Positions 27,714 through 36,188 of a stretch of DNA of 64,000 nt are shown here, in pieces. Source of the DNA: Sphingobacteriia bacterium (lineage in GTDB: Bacteria > Bacteroidota > Bacteroidia > UBA7662); contig RFMW01000225.1 in assembly GCA_009927485.1 (NCBI GenBank), positions 760-64,759 of the forward strand. The letters are read 5' to 3'. The notes below the pieces were generated by a model, which ran no database searches, was not told the DNA's origin, and saw nothing but the letters and a program-made list of their open reading frames with translations. A program made the position numbers and the translations under genes. The first letter of the stretch is position 1. Every line of letters begins with the position of its first letter.

Positions 27714-30700
27714 GGGATCCCCGTGTCCTGGGGGCAACCCCTGGGGCATGCCCATCGGATGAGGTGAATCGGCGGGAACATCGCGGGGTGGACGTCCAAA
27801 ATTCCGGAAATTGTAGGTGAACGTGAGCATCACAAACTGTCCCAGAGCTGTGTTACGATTATCCTCCAAATAAACTTCGTTGATCACCCGATTCACCGAA
27901 CGATTTTGGCCCAACACATCAAAAATCGAAATGCGGAATTCCCCCAAACGGTTAGGCAATACCTTGGCTGCCAAAGACATATTCAACAAGTGCACGGAAG
28001 CGTTGAAGCTTTGGTCCAAACCCCCAAAGTAGGTCCAGGAATAATCGCTCCCCAAGACCCAACGCTTGCGGTAGGTGTATTGAGCCCGAGCATTGGCGGT
28101 ATGCGTCCAATACACCGACCATGGGCCTTGGTTGCGAAAGCGGTTCCAGCCCATATTCAACGAGATGTTGTAATCCAATTGCTCCAATTGGGAGCTGCTC
28201 AGACCCCATTGACCGCTAAGCGATTGGGTCACCACCGTTGAATTTACATTGTTATTCCGAACCGGTTGACGTTGCAAGGACCCCATCAAGGTCCAGTTCA
28301 AATTGGACTTGATGCTCGTCACAGGATGCGCATAGGTCCCATAGAAGCGCAATGCAGGCATCCTGCCCAGATTGGCGGGCCTGCTCAATTGACTTCCGCG
28401 AGCCAAGCCCTTCCCCGTAAGGGTACTGCCTTGGCCCGTACTGCCCAAGTCCTTCCAATCCACCCCATAAAGCGCTGATCCACCCCAGGCCTGCCACCAT
28501 TGGTTCATGAGGCTGGTATCGCCCGGCACAACCAGGGTTTCGTTGCCCATGGCATTCTCGGTGATGGATCCCGATGCAAACACAAAACAGGATTTGCCCT
28601 GGGTCGCCTGGGTCCAACGCCAGCGACCTCCCACCGTATGGCTAACGGCCTGGTCAAGGTTGGGATTCCCAAGAACCAAGGCCAGGGGATTGGAATTATC
28701 CAACACCTTCTGCATTTGCTGAGCCGAAGGCAATTGCGCGGAAGACCGGTAGAAGACCCTGTACTGGCTGCTGCGGTTGGGGCTGAACCTCCAAGAGGCA
28801 TTGGGAAGCCAGGCCCTGAAGGCCAGAGGACTTGCCGCCGCCATGGTTTGCATCTCGGTAAGAACCCTGTTGGTCAAGGCATAATCTTGGCGCTGTATGC
28901 CGAGTGTCCATTCTTGCACCTCATCCCCCAGGCGGTAGCGAATGCCGTACTGGGCTCCCCACAGCTGTTGTTCCATGTCTTGGCTTAACAAAGGCTTGAT
29001 CGCAAGGCTATTCGGTGCAGCAACATCCTGGCCTACCGTTTGCCTTTGCCATAGGGGGGCCAGGTTGAATTCCAACAAAGAAGCCCGACCCAAGGGCTCA
29101 ATGAAATTCAAATCCCAGCGGCTTCTTAACAAATTTCTGCTTTGGTTCAACCTCTGCTCGCTGGTATCGGCGCGTTGCCACCATTGGGGAGGCATCACCG
29201 GCGCTGGCCCTACGGAAAGTATCAGAGAGTTTTGGTCACGCGGTGTGGATTGATCCTGAAAGTCCATGGCCCAATTGACCGAATAATTCCGCCTTGCCTT
29301 GGCCAATCGCTGGCGAAACAACAGATCCAATCCCCCTTGCCATTGGCTGTTTTCGGTGCGGCTTTGCAAACGGTTCTCCGAGAGTTTCATGGTGCTGTCG
29401 GTTGTCGCCGTTTTCCAGGCAGAATCCGAGGCAGTCATCGAGGATGCCAGGGTCAAACGTTGGCTAAGGTTCATTCGAGGGGTCAGGATCAAGGCCCTGT
29501 TGCTGTCGGGATTCCATTCCAACCTGGCAGTCCATCGTTGTTGATTGGACCTTTGAACTTGTCGGCTGCTGTCGGCTTGGGCCAAACCGCTTACATTCAG
29601 CCATGTCCGACGTGCCGAGGCATTTTGTTCGTTCAAGGTGGAATTCCCCACCAGGGCCGATGAAATTTTCCAGCCCCCTTTCCATGCGTCGCTGTAATTC
29701 AGTGCCAAGGATTGTGTTGCTGTCAAGCCTCTTTGGGTGGGATTGCTTAGCCCCATATCGACGCCCGATGGCATTCCTCCACCACTGCCTCCACCTGCAC
29801 CTCCGGAACCTCCCCGGCCCATCATCCGCATGCCGCCCATTCCTCCGCCCATGCCCCCGGCTGCTCCGAGCAATCCCGAAATCTCGGCACTGGAAAAATT
29901 CTGCTGATTGATATTGTTCGCGAGCAAGGCGGCACTGATACGACGTTTGCCCTTGAACCAAGATGTGTTACCGCCGCTCATGTACCGAGCGCCTTCGGAA
30001 GGGAGCAGGGGCTGAAAGGTCTGACCGTAAACGTCGAAGGGCAGGGCCCGGAAAGGCTCCTCCCCCTGGACTTGCTCTGGATCACTCAAGGCCCCCATGC
30101 CTCCGTACACTTTACCGAAACGGCTGCTGTTCAAACCGGTACGCGTTATCAAATTAAGGGTTTTCTCGGTATTGCCATCGTTGATCCCGCTGAACTGGGC
30201 CTGATCGCTGAGGCGGTCGATCAGTTGGACCTTATCGATCGCATCGGCCGGGAGGTTACGCAAGGCCGCGGTGGCATCGTTGCCGTAATATTCCTGACCA
30301 TCCAGGAGGACGCGACGAATCTCCTCGCCTTGGGCTTTGAGGGTTCCGTTCTCCACGGTGATCCCGGGCATTTTACGAATCAGTTGTTCAGCATCCGCAT
30401 CCGGTGTCGTCTTGTACCCGGCGGCATTAATCTCCGTCGTATCGCCCCGCTGTTCAATGCGTTTGGCCTGGGCCTCGATGCCCACCGAACCCAATTGCGT
30501 CGTTAACGGGGCCATCAAAAGATTGCCAACGCTTTGGGACTCCAACCAACGCTGGAACTTACGGTAAGGGGCATATCCAACGTAGGTGCATTGGAGCATG
30601 TACCCCCCTGGCCTGGGCAAGGTGAGCACAAAGCGACCTTGGGCATCGGTAGAAACCCCTGAGCGCAATGCGCTGTCCCTTGCCCCTACCGCGACCACAT

Positions 30701-30890
30701 TCACTCCCGCCAAACCCTCCCCGGTCAGGGAATCCAAGACCCGCCCTGTAATCATAGGCTTCAAATCGCTCCGATCCCCACCTCGATTCCCTTCGTTACC
30801 ACGGCTTTGCGTCCATCCTATGGAGGTCTGCAGCAGCATCAAGGCCAAGGTCAGCACACCTAAGCGGATGGTTAGAGGGAAGAGGTTCAT
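27687..30890 (-). CDS. Giant outer-membrane beta-barrel protein: CarboxypepD_reg-like domain, TonB-dependent-receptor plug and OMP barrel
   Basis: The homologous start MNLFPLTIRLGVLTLALMLLQTSIGWTQS (signal peptide) is at 30890. ..ITGRVLDSLTGEGLAGVNVV.. is the carboxypeptidase-regulatory-like fold and ..IRKMPGITVENGTLKAQGEEIRRVLLDGQEY.. is plug-like, followed by a long barrel ending in a terminal aromatic. It contains a Gly/Met-rich insert. Confidence 0.75.
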   Translation of the reverse strand: MNLFPLTIRLGVLTLALMLLQTSIGWTQSRGNEGNRGGDRSDLKPMITGRVLDSLTGEGLAGVNVVAVGARDSALRSGVSTDAQGRFVLTLPRPGGYMLQCTYVGYAPYRKFQRWLESQSVGNLLMAPLTTQLGSVGIEAQAKRIEQRGDTTEINAAGYKTTPDADAEQLIRKMPGITVENGTLKAQGEEIRRVLLDGQEYYGNDATAALRNLPADAIDKVQLIDRLSDQAQFSGINDGNTEKTLNLITRTGLNSSRFGKVYGGMGALSDPEQVQGEEPFRALPFDVYGQTFQPLLPSEGARYMSGGNTSWFKGKRRISAALLANNINQQNFSSAEISGLLGAAGGMGGGMGGMRMMGRGGSGGAGGGSGGGMPSGVDMGLSNPTQRGLTATQSLALNYSDAWKGGWKISSALVGNSTLNEQNASARRTWLNVSGLAQADSSRQVQRSNQQRWTARLEWNPDSNRALILTPRMNLSQRLTLASSMTASDSAWKTATTDSTMKLSENRLQSRTENSQWQGGLDLLFRQRLAKARRNYSVNWAMDFQDQSTPRDQNSLILSVGPAPVMPPQWWQRADTSEQRLNQSRNLLRSRWDLNFIEPLGRASLLEFNLAPLWQRQTVGQDVAAPNSLAIKPLLSQDMEQQLWGAQYGIRYRLGDEVQEWTLGIQRQDYALTNRVLTEMQTMAAASPLAFRAWLPNASWRFSPNRSSQYRVFYRSSAQLPSAQQMQKVLDNSNPLALVLGNPNLDQAVSHTVGGRWRWTQATQGKSCFVFASGSITENAMGNETLVVPGDTSLMNQWWQAWGGSALYGVDWKDLGSTGQGSTLTGKGLARGSQLSRPANLGRMPALRFYGTYAHPVTSIKSNLNWTLMGSLQRQPVRNNNVNSTVVTQSLSGQWGLSSSQLEQLDYNISLNMGWNRFRNQGPWSVYWTHTANARAQYTYRKRWVLGSDYSWTYFGGLDQSFNASVHLLNMSLAAKVLPNRLGEFRISIFDVLGQNRSVNRVINEVYLEDNRNTALGQFVMLTFTYNFRNFGRPPRDVPADSPHPMGMPQGLPPGHGDPSRPWGTWR

Positions 30891-30966
30891 GCAGTCAGGA
30901 CTTTTATCAGGGGTTGAACCAACAAAAATGCGCATGAATGCGTTCTTTGGGTACGAACTTTGACGC

Positions 30967-31389
30967 ATGAAACGATCTGCCCTGTACCTCTTGCTTTTGG
31001 TCGGCACCGGGCTGGCGATCCTCGTCAGCACCTTGGGCGAAAGCAGTTCCTACGTGGACTTTGCCGAAGCCGCAGCCAACCCTGACCGTAGTTACCATGT
31101 GGTCGGACAATTGGACCGGGGCTTTCCGATGGTGTACAACCCGACCCAGGACGCTAACCTGCTTCGGTTCAGGCTACGAGATCAGCAAGGCCTGAGCATG
31201 TCCGTGGTGTATTACGGCGCCAAACCCCAAGATTTCGAACGCTCCGAACAAGTCGTCATCGTTGGCAAGGTCGTTCCCGGCCCATCCAAGCAAGAAAACA
31301 AGTCGGTCTTTGTGGCGGACCAGATTCTGACCAAATGCCCTTCCAAATACACCGAGGATAAGGTTCCCACCGCCTCCACCAACCCTTAA
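30967..31389 (+). CDS. ccmE: Cytochrome c maturation heme chaperone CcmE, CXXXY variant
   Basis: 140 aa; N-terminal membrane anchor, OB-fold core, C-terminal ..ADQILTKCPSKYTE.. aligning with the canonical ..LAKHDENYTP.. heme-binding site with Cys in place of His. Confidence 0.8.
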   Translation: MKRSALYLLLLVGTGLAILVSTLGESSSYVDFAEAAANPDRSYHVVGQLDRGFPMVYNPTQDANLLRFRLRDQQGLSMSVVYYGAKPQDFERSEQVVIVGKVVPGPSKQENKSVFVADQILTKCPSKYTEDKVPTASTNP

Positions 31390-31406
31390 TCTTCGAATTG
31401 ATCGCG

Positions 31407-33854
31407 ATGGAATATGCAGGCGAATTGCTTTGGCCCGGCCATTTGGGGCATTTTGCGGTCATTGTATCGTTCTGTGCCGCTTTGATGAGTACTCTGTCCT
31501 ACGGGCACGCCCTGAACGGACATACGCTATCCCGTGGTCGATGGGAACAGTGGGGCCGCTGGTCCTTCGGGATCCATAGCGCTGCGGTGTTCACCATCAT
31601 CGCTACCCTTTTTGGGATCATTTATTTTCATCGTTACGAATATCATTACGCCTGGTCACACGCTTCCAAGGCATTGCCGACGCATTACATCCTCTCCGCC
31701 TTCTGGGAAGGTCAGGAGGGAAGTTTTCTGCTGTGGATCTTCTGGCATACCGTGTTGGGGTGGATATTCCTGGCGGTCAGCGGAAGACGTTGGGAAGCGG
31801 GCGTGATGGGCGTTCTTTCTTTGGCCCAACTTATGCTGAGCAGCATGCTCCTGGGAACCACCTTGGGGCTACCCGGGCTTATGGAATGGTCAATTGGTAG
31901 CAGCCCCTTCACCCTCCTGCGCGATACCCTGCAGGCCCCCATTTTCAACCGTCCGGATTACCTCCAATGGATCACGGACGGCAACGGACTCAATCCGTTG
32001 TTACAAAATCCCTGGATGGTGATCCACCCTCCGGTGTTATTCCTGGGATTTGCCTCCTGCACCATACCCTTTGGGTATGCGGTAAGCGCCTTGTGGACGC
32101 GTAGGTACGAAGATTGGGTGGGTCCTGCCCAGGGTTGGACCTTGGTCGCCATCCTAACCTTGGGAAGCGGCATCGTGATGGGGGCTGCTTGGGCCTACGA
32201 ATCCCTGAATTTCGGTGGGTATTGGGCCTGGGATCCGGTTGAAAATGCCTCCTTGTTGCCTTGGCTCCTGCTCGTTGCCGCCTTGCATGGCATGCATGCC
32301 TACACCAAAAGCCGTTATTCCCTGCGCTCCACCTTCATCCTCGTTCTGCTAGGGTTTTTGATGGTTTTGTATGCTACTTTTCTGACCAGGTCAGGTATCC
32401 TTGGCGAGAGTTCGGTGCATTCCTTCACCGATCTGGGCTTATCAGGTCAGCTGTTGATCTTCTTAGGGGCCTTTGTGCTGCTGGCATTGATTTTGCTGCT
32501 TCTTCGCTGGAGAGCAATCCCTGCCCGCGAAACGGATGGAGAAGAAGCCGGGAGTTCCCGGGAGTTTTGGCTTTTCGCAGGAAGCATGACTTTGGTTATC
32601 AGTGCCTTGCAAATCCTGTTCACCACCTCCATCCCGGTATTCAACGCCATCGCTGGCAGCAACTTAGCCCCCCCAGCCGAGGTCGTCTCCTACTACAACC
32701 GATGGCAGTTGCCCATCGCGGTAATCATTCTGTTGTTAGGAACCGTAGCCTTTGAACTCCGCTTCAAGAAAAGCGATCCCGGACCGGTCTTGCAATGGAT
32801 CATTCAAATCACCTTGATCGCCGTGGCAATGACCTTGCTTGTGGCCTATACCATGGGCATCGGGTACTGGTCCTATATCCTCTTGATTTATGCGTCCTGC
32901 TTCGCCTTGATCGGTAACCTCCATCAACTGTATCGTCGTCGTCATAAAATCATGAAGCAAGGAGGCCTGACGGCGCACCTTGGTTTTGCCTTGATGATGC
33001 TGGGGGTTTTGGTCTCTTCCTCCCGCAAAGAGGTGGTTTCCTTGAACCTCAACAATACCCCCTTGGGACCGAATTTCTCCCCGGCACAGGCCCGCGAAAA
33101 TGTCTTGCTTTACGCGAATCAAAGTCAATCCATTGCGGGGTATTCCGTGCGTTACCAGGGTGATTCGGTTGTAGAACCTAACCGCTACTACAAATTACTT
33201 TTTGAACAAAAGGATGAACAAGGCAAGGTGCGATTCAGCCGTACCCTCTACCCCAATGCCCAAATCAACCCCAAGATGGGTTTGATCGCCTCACCGGCCA
33301 CTATGCATTTCGTGGACCATGATTTGTACATGCACGTAACCCAGGTTCCGGATCCGGCTTCCTTGCAAGCCACAACGCAGGAATACAAGGAACCCGTTTT
33401 GCATTACCTCAATGCCCGCGGTGATACCTTGATGCTGCAAGAATATTTGCTGGTCTTCGAAGGACTCAAGACCAACCTGGATTCCGCTTGGTCGGCCCAA
33501 AGCTCCGGTGCGGAGGTTGCGGTCGGCGCTCCTGTCCGGGTTCAACGCGTTGATACCACTTTCTCCTTGATGCCGGTTTACATGATCCGAAACGGGGTTG
33601 AATTTCGTTATCCGGACCAAAGTGCTGAGCCCGGCATCCGCCTGCAATTGCAAAGCATAGACCCTGGCCAACAACAAATTGCGCTCGCGGTACAAACCAC
33701 CCCTCCTCCTCCACGACCCTACGTGGTGCTCAAGATGCTTCGCTTTCCATGGATCAACGCGGTATGGTATGGTAGCTTTCTTCTGGTGTTGGGATTGAGC
33801 ATGAGCATCGTGCATCGAAACCGTCAGTACCGCCATGAACGAATGGCCGACTAA
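31407..33854 (+). CDS. ccmF: Cytochrome c-type biogenesis heme lyase CcmF
   Basis: Start MEYAGELLWPGHLGHF..; WWD motif region ..LNFGGYWAWDPVENASLLPWL..; conserved His residues; 815 aa polytopic. Confidence 0.9.
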   Translation: MEYAGELLWPGHLGHFAVIVSFCAALMSTLSYGHALNGHTLSRGRWEQWGRWSFGIHSAAVFTIIATLFGIIYFHRYEYHYAWSHASKALPTHYILSAFWEGQEGSFLLWIFWHTVLGWIFLAVSGRRWEAGVMGVLSLAQLMLSSMLLGTTLGLPGLMEWSIGSSPFTLLRDTLQAPIFNRPDYLQWITDGNGLNPLLQNPWMVIHPPVLFLGFASCTIPFGYAVSALWTRRYEDWVGPAQGWTLVAILTLGSGIVMGAAWAYESLNFGGYWAWDPVENASLLPWLLLVAALHGMHAYTKSRYSLRSTFILVLLGFLMVLYATFLTRSGILGESSVHSFTDLGLSGQLLIFLGAFVLLALILLLLRWRAIPARETDGEEAGSSREFWLFAGSMTLVISALQILFTTSIPVFNAIAGSNLAPPAEVVSYYNRWQLPIAVIILLLGTVAFELRFKKSDPGPVLQWIIQITLIAVAMTLLVAYTMGIGYWSYILLIYASCFALIGNLHQLYRRRHKIMKQGGLTAHLGFALMMLGVLVSSSRKEVVSLNLNNTPLGPNFSPAQARENVLLYANQSQSIAGYSVRYQGDSVVEPNRYYKLLFEQKDEQGKVRFSRTLYPNAQINPKMGLIASPATMHFVDHDLYMHVTQVPDPASLQATTQEYKEPVLHYLNARGDTLMLQEYLLVFEGLKTNLDSAWSAQSSGAEVAVGAPVRVQRVDTTFSLMPVYMIRNGVEFRYPDQSAEPGIRLQLQSIDPGQQQIALAVQTTPPPPRPYVVLKMLRFPWINAVWYGSFLLVLGLSMSIVHRNRQYRHERMAD

Positions 33855-34650
33855 ACCTGGAGGCCGTGTGGCCATCGCAGGGTCCGGCCAAGCAGCTTGG
33901 GCCTGGGGCCTGGGCCTTGCGCATGCAGGCCTTCGCATCACCCAAGTTTGGGGCAGGCATGCCGGTCGAGGCAAGGCGCTTGCGAATCGTTTGGATGCTG
34001 AATACCAAGAACTTACCCTTGAAGGTCCTGCACCCTGGGATGGGGATGTCCTGGTGATTGCGGTGGCCGACCAAGCTGTAGGAAAGGTCGCGAAGCAATT
34101 CATCTGCGGGCCTTCGCAACATATCGTACACTGCGGGGGCACCTTGGCGATGGACGTCCTGGCAGCGCATCCCAGTCATGGGGTCCTTTGGCCGCTGATG
34201 AATTTGAGCCAAGCGCACGAAAGGCTCCTGCAAGGTGTCCCGGTCCTTCTCGAAACCAACAACCAAACCCTGCTCGATATCCTGCAAGCCTGGTGCCAGG
34301 ACCTGCAAGCCCTTGCCCTACCCTCCACCTTGGCCCAAAGGACCGCCCTGCATCTGGCGGCCGTCATGACCGCCAACTTCAACAACCTGCTCCTTCATTG
34401 GGGGCACCGCATTCTCCAAGGCCAAGGGGAACACCGCCTGCTCTTGCCAATTTTGCAAGAACAATTGCGCCTCTTTGCCAAAGATCCTGCAGACCCCCTG
34501 GTCCGTCAAAGCGGCCCCGCCCAACGAGGTGATACCGAAACCATGGATAAACACCTTGCTCTGCTGGAACAAGACCCCGAAGGGCAAGCTTTGTACCGGA
34601 CCCTTAGTCGCCTGATTGCTCAACAAAAATCCAAAAAGGGACATGACTGA
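33835..34650 (+). CDS. Rossmann-like / DUF2520-type putative NADP oxidoreductase (ProC/F420-dependent-reductase-like)
   Basis: 271 aa; N-terminal ..VAIAGSGQAAWAWGLGL.. dinucleotide-binding motif and C-terminal DUF2520-like helical domain. Start ambiguous (ATG 33835 overlapping the ccmF end, or GTG 33868). Confidence 0.55.
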   Translation: MNEWPTKPGGRVAIAGSGQAAWAWGLGLAHAGLRITQVWGRHAGRGKALANRLDAEYQELTLEGPAPWDGDVLVIAVADQAVGKVAKQFICGPSQHIVHCGGTLAMDVLAAHPSHGVLWPLMNLSQAHERLLQGVPVLLETNNQTLLDILQAWCQDLQALALPSTLAQRTALHLAAVMTANFNNLLLHWGHRILQGQGEHRLLLPILQEQLRLFAKDPADPLVRQSGPAQRGDTETMDKHLALLEQDPEGQALYRTLSRLIAQQKSKKGHD

Positions 34651-35626
34651 TTCACCCCCTTCGAATTCGGCGGTTTGGCGATCGGTTTGGCGGGGCAGCC
34701 GCCCGCTGAATCTCCTTTTGCTGGCATGGGCCATGGTATCTTTTCGGTTTTTTTTGATGTTACCGGTGCTCGAGACCCGTCTGCTCAATTTTGGGTTGGA
34801 TCATCGTGATTTCTTGATGATGGTCTTGGGTGCAACGATTATCGCCGCTGCGGGTAATTTGATCAACGACTTTTTCGACCGAGAATCCGATCGACACAAC
34901 CACAAAAGTCGTCCCGTCCTCCCCGAGAATGTCTTCTGGACGGTGTATTGGAGCATGAACGGTGTGGGGCTCAGCCTCTGCGCCTGGTCTGCTTGGCAAG
35001 CCGGCCTCGTGAACCTAACGCTCCTGCCTCTTGCCGCAGTTTTTTTGCTCTTTCGTTATTCTGAACATTGGAAAAAGCAAGGCTGGTTAGGGCCCGTGGT
35101 CATTGTCTTTCTATGCATGGTCTGGGTGGCCTTGCCCTGGCTCTACGAATTCAAGGCCATGGGTATTCTCTTTCAGTATTACAGAGCCGATTCGAAGGTA
35201 CTCCACCAAACCTGGTTGATTTATCTGTTGTTCTGCGCCTTGGTAACCCTAAGCAGGGAGCTGCTCAAGGCCTGCGAGGACTATGCCGGTGACCTTGTTA
35301 CCGAAACCCACACCGTCGCCGTTCTTCATGGCCCTCGATGGACCGGCAGGATTGCCCTGGTCCTCTGGGTCTTGGTTTGGGGATTAAACACCTTCATTAC
35401 CTTCTACCAATGGTCCAACCATGCCATCCTGGAAGCCGCCTATTCCTCCGTGGCCTGGGGATGGTCTTCATTCATCCTGTGGAAGCTGCTGACCTTGAGC
35501 AACGGAACCCCGTCCAAGCATGTTTACCGAAACCTAAGCCTGTGGATCAAAATCTATTTTGCCATGGGCATCCTCTCCATCTGGATTTTTTACATGATCT
35601 TTCTGTATGGGACCGCTGCAACTTAG
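34643..35626 (+). CDS. UbiA-family prenyltransferase (geranylgeranylglycerol-phosphate/DGGGP-synthase-like)
   Basis: Polytopic; first Asp-rich motif NLINDFFDRESD (NDxxDxxxD) after TM2; about 8 TM helices. Start taken at ATG 34643 (MTDSPP..), uncertain. Confidence 0.7.
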   Translation: MTDSPPSNSAVWRSVWRGSRPLNLLLLAWAMVSFRFFLMLPVLETRLLNFGLDHRDFLMMVLGATIIAAAGNLINDFFDRESDRHNHKSRPVLPENVFWTVYWSMNGVGLSLCAWSAWQAGLVNLTLLPLAAVFLLFRYSEHWKKQGWLGPVVIVFLCMVWVALPWLYEFKAMGILFQYYRADSKVLHQTWLIYLLFCALVTLSRELLKACEDYAGDLVTETHTVAVLHGPRWTGRIALVLWVLVWGLNTFITFYQWSNHAILEAAYSSVAWGWSSFILWKLLTLSNGTPSKHVYRNLSLWIKIYFAMGILSIWIFYMIFLYGTAAT

Positions 35627-36188
35627 CCACCGTCTGCTCTTAGGTTCAGGTTCACCCCGTCGTGCAGCCCTTTTGAACGGGATTGGCCTGCCCTTCGAAT
35701 TGCGGGTTGCCCCTATTGACGAGGAGGCGCTGCATCACCCTATCCTCGAAGAAACGGCCAAGCATTTGGCTAGGCTCAAATCACAGGCCATTACCATAAC
35801 GTCCAACGAATTGTTGCTGACCGCGGACACCACCGTGATATGCCAAGGTCAATTGCTGGGCAAAGCTCCGGATCGGGAATCGGCCATCGCGATGCTGCAA
35901 CAATTATCCGGCCAAAGCCATCGAGTGGATACGGGCGTTTGCCTTCGCACCGTGGACAAGGAAATCCTTCTGCAATCCACCACGATCCTGGAATGGTACC
36001 CATTGGAAAACCAGGAAATCGAATGGTACGTGGATCATTATCAGCCTTATGACAAGGCAGGGGCCTACGGAATTCAAGAATGGATGGGCCAGAGGGCCAT
36101 TCGAAGCCTTCAAGGTTGCCCGCTCAACGTGATGGGCCTCCCGCTTCCTTTGGTTTACGAAACCCTTCGTTCAGAATTCAGCGTGTAA
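35607..36188 (+). CDS. maf: Maf-family nucleoside triphosphate pyrophosphatase
   Basis: 193 aa; ..LLLGSGSPRRAALL.., ..ADTTVI.., ..YDKAGAYGIQEW.. are Maf hallmarks. Confidence 0.85.
   Translation: MGPLQLSHRLLLGSGSPRRAALLNGIGLPFELRVAPIDEEALHHPILEETAKHLARLKSQAITITSNELLLTADTTVICQGQLLGKAPDRESAIAMLQQLSGQSHRVDTGVCLRTVDKEILLQSTTILEWYPLENQEIEWYVDHYQPYDKAGAYGIQEWMGQRAIRSLQGCPLNVMGLPLPLVYETLRSEFSV

Noticed and set aside
30890-30967. Palindrome ATGCGCAT and inverted repeat in the divergent region between the outer-membrane barrel gene and ccmE, as a regulatory site
   Set aside because: Only an 8-bp self-complementary motif. It is too short and too common to call.
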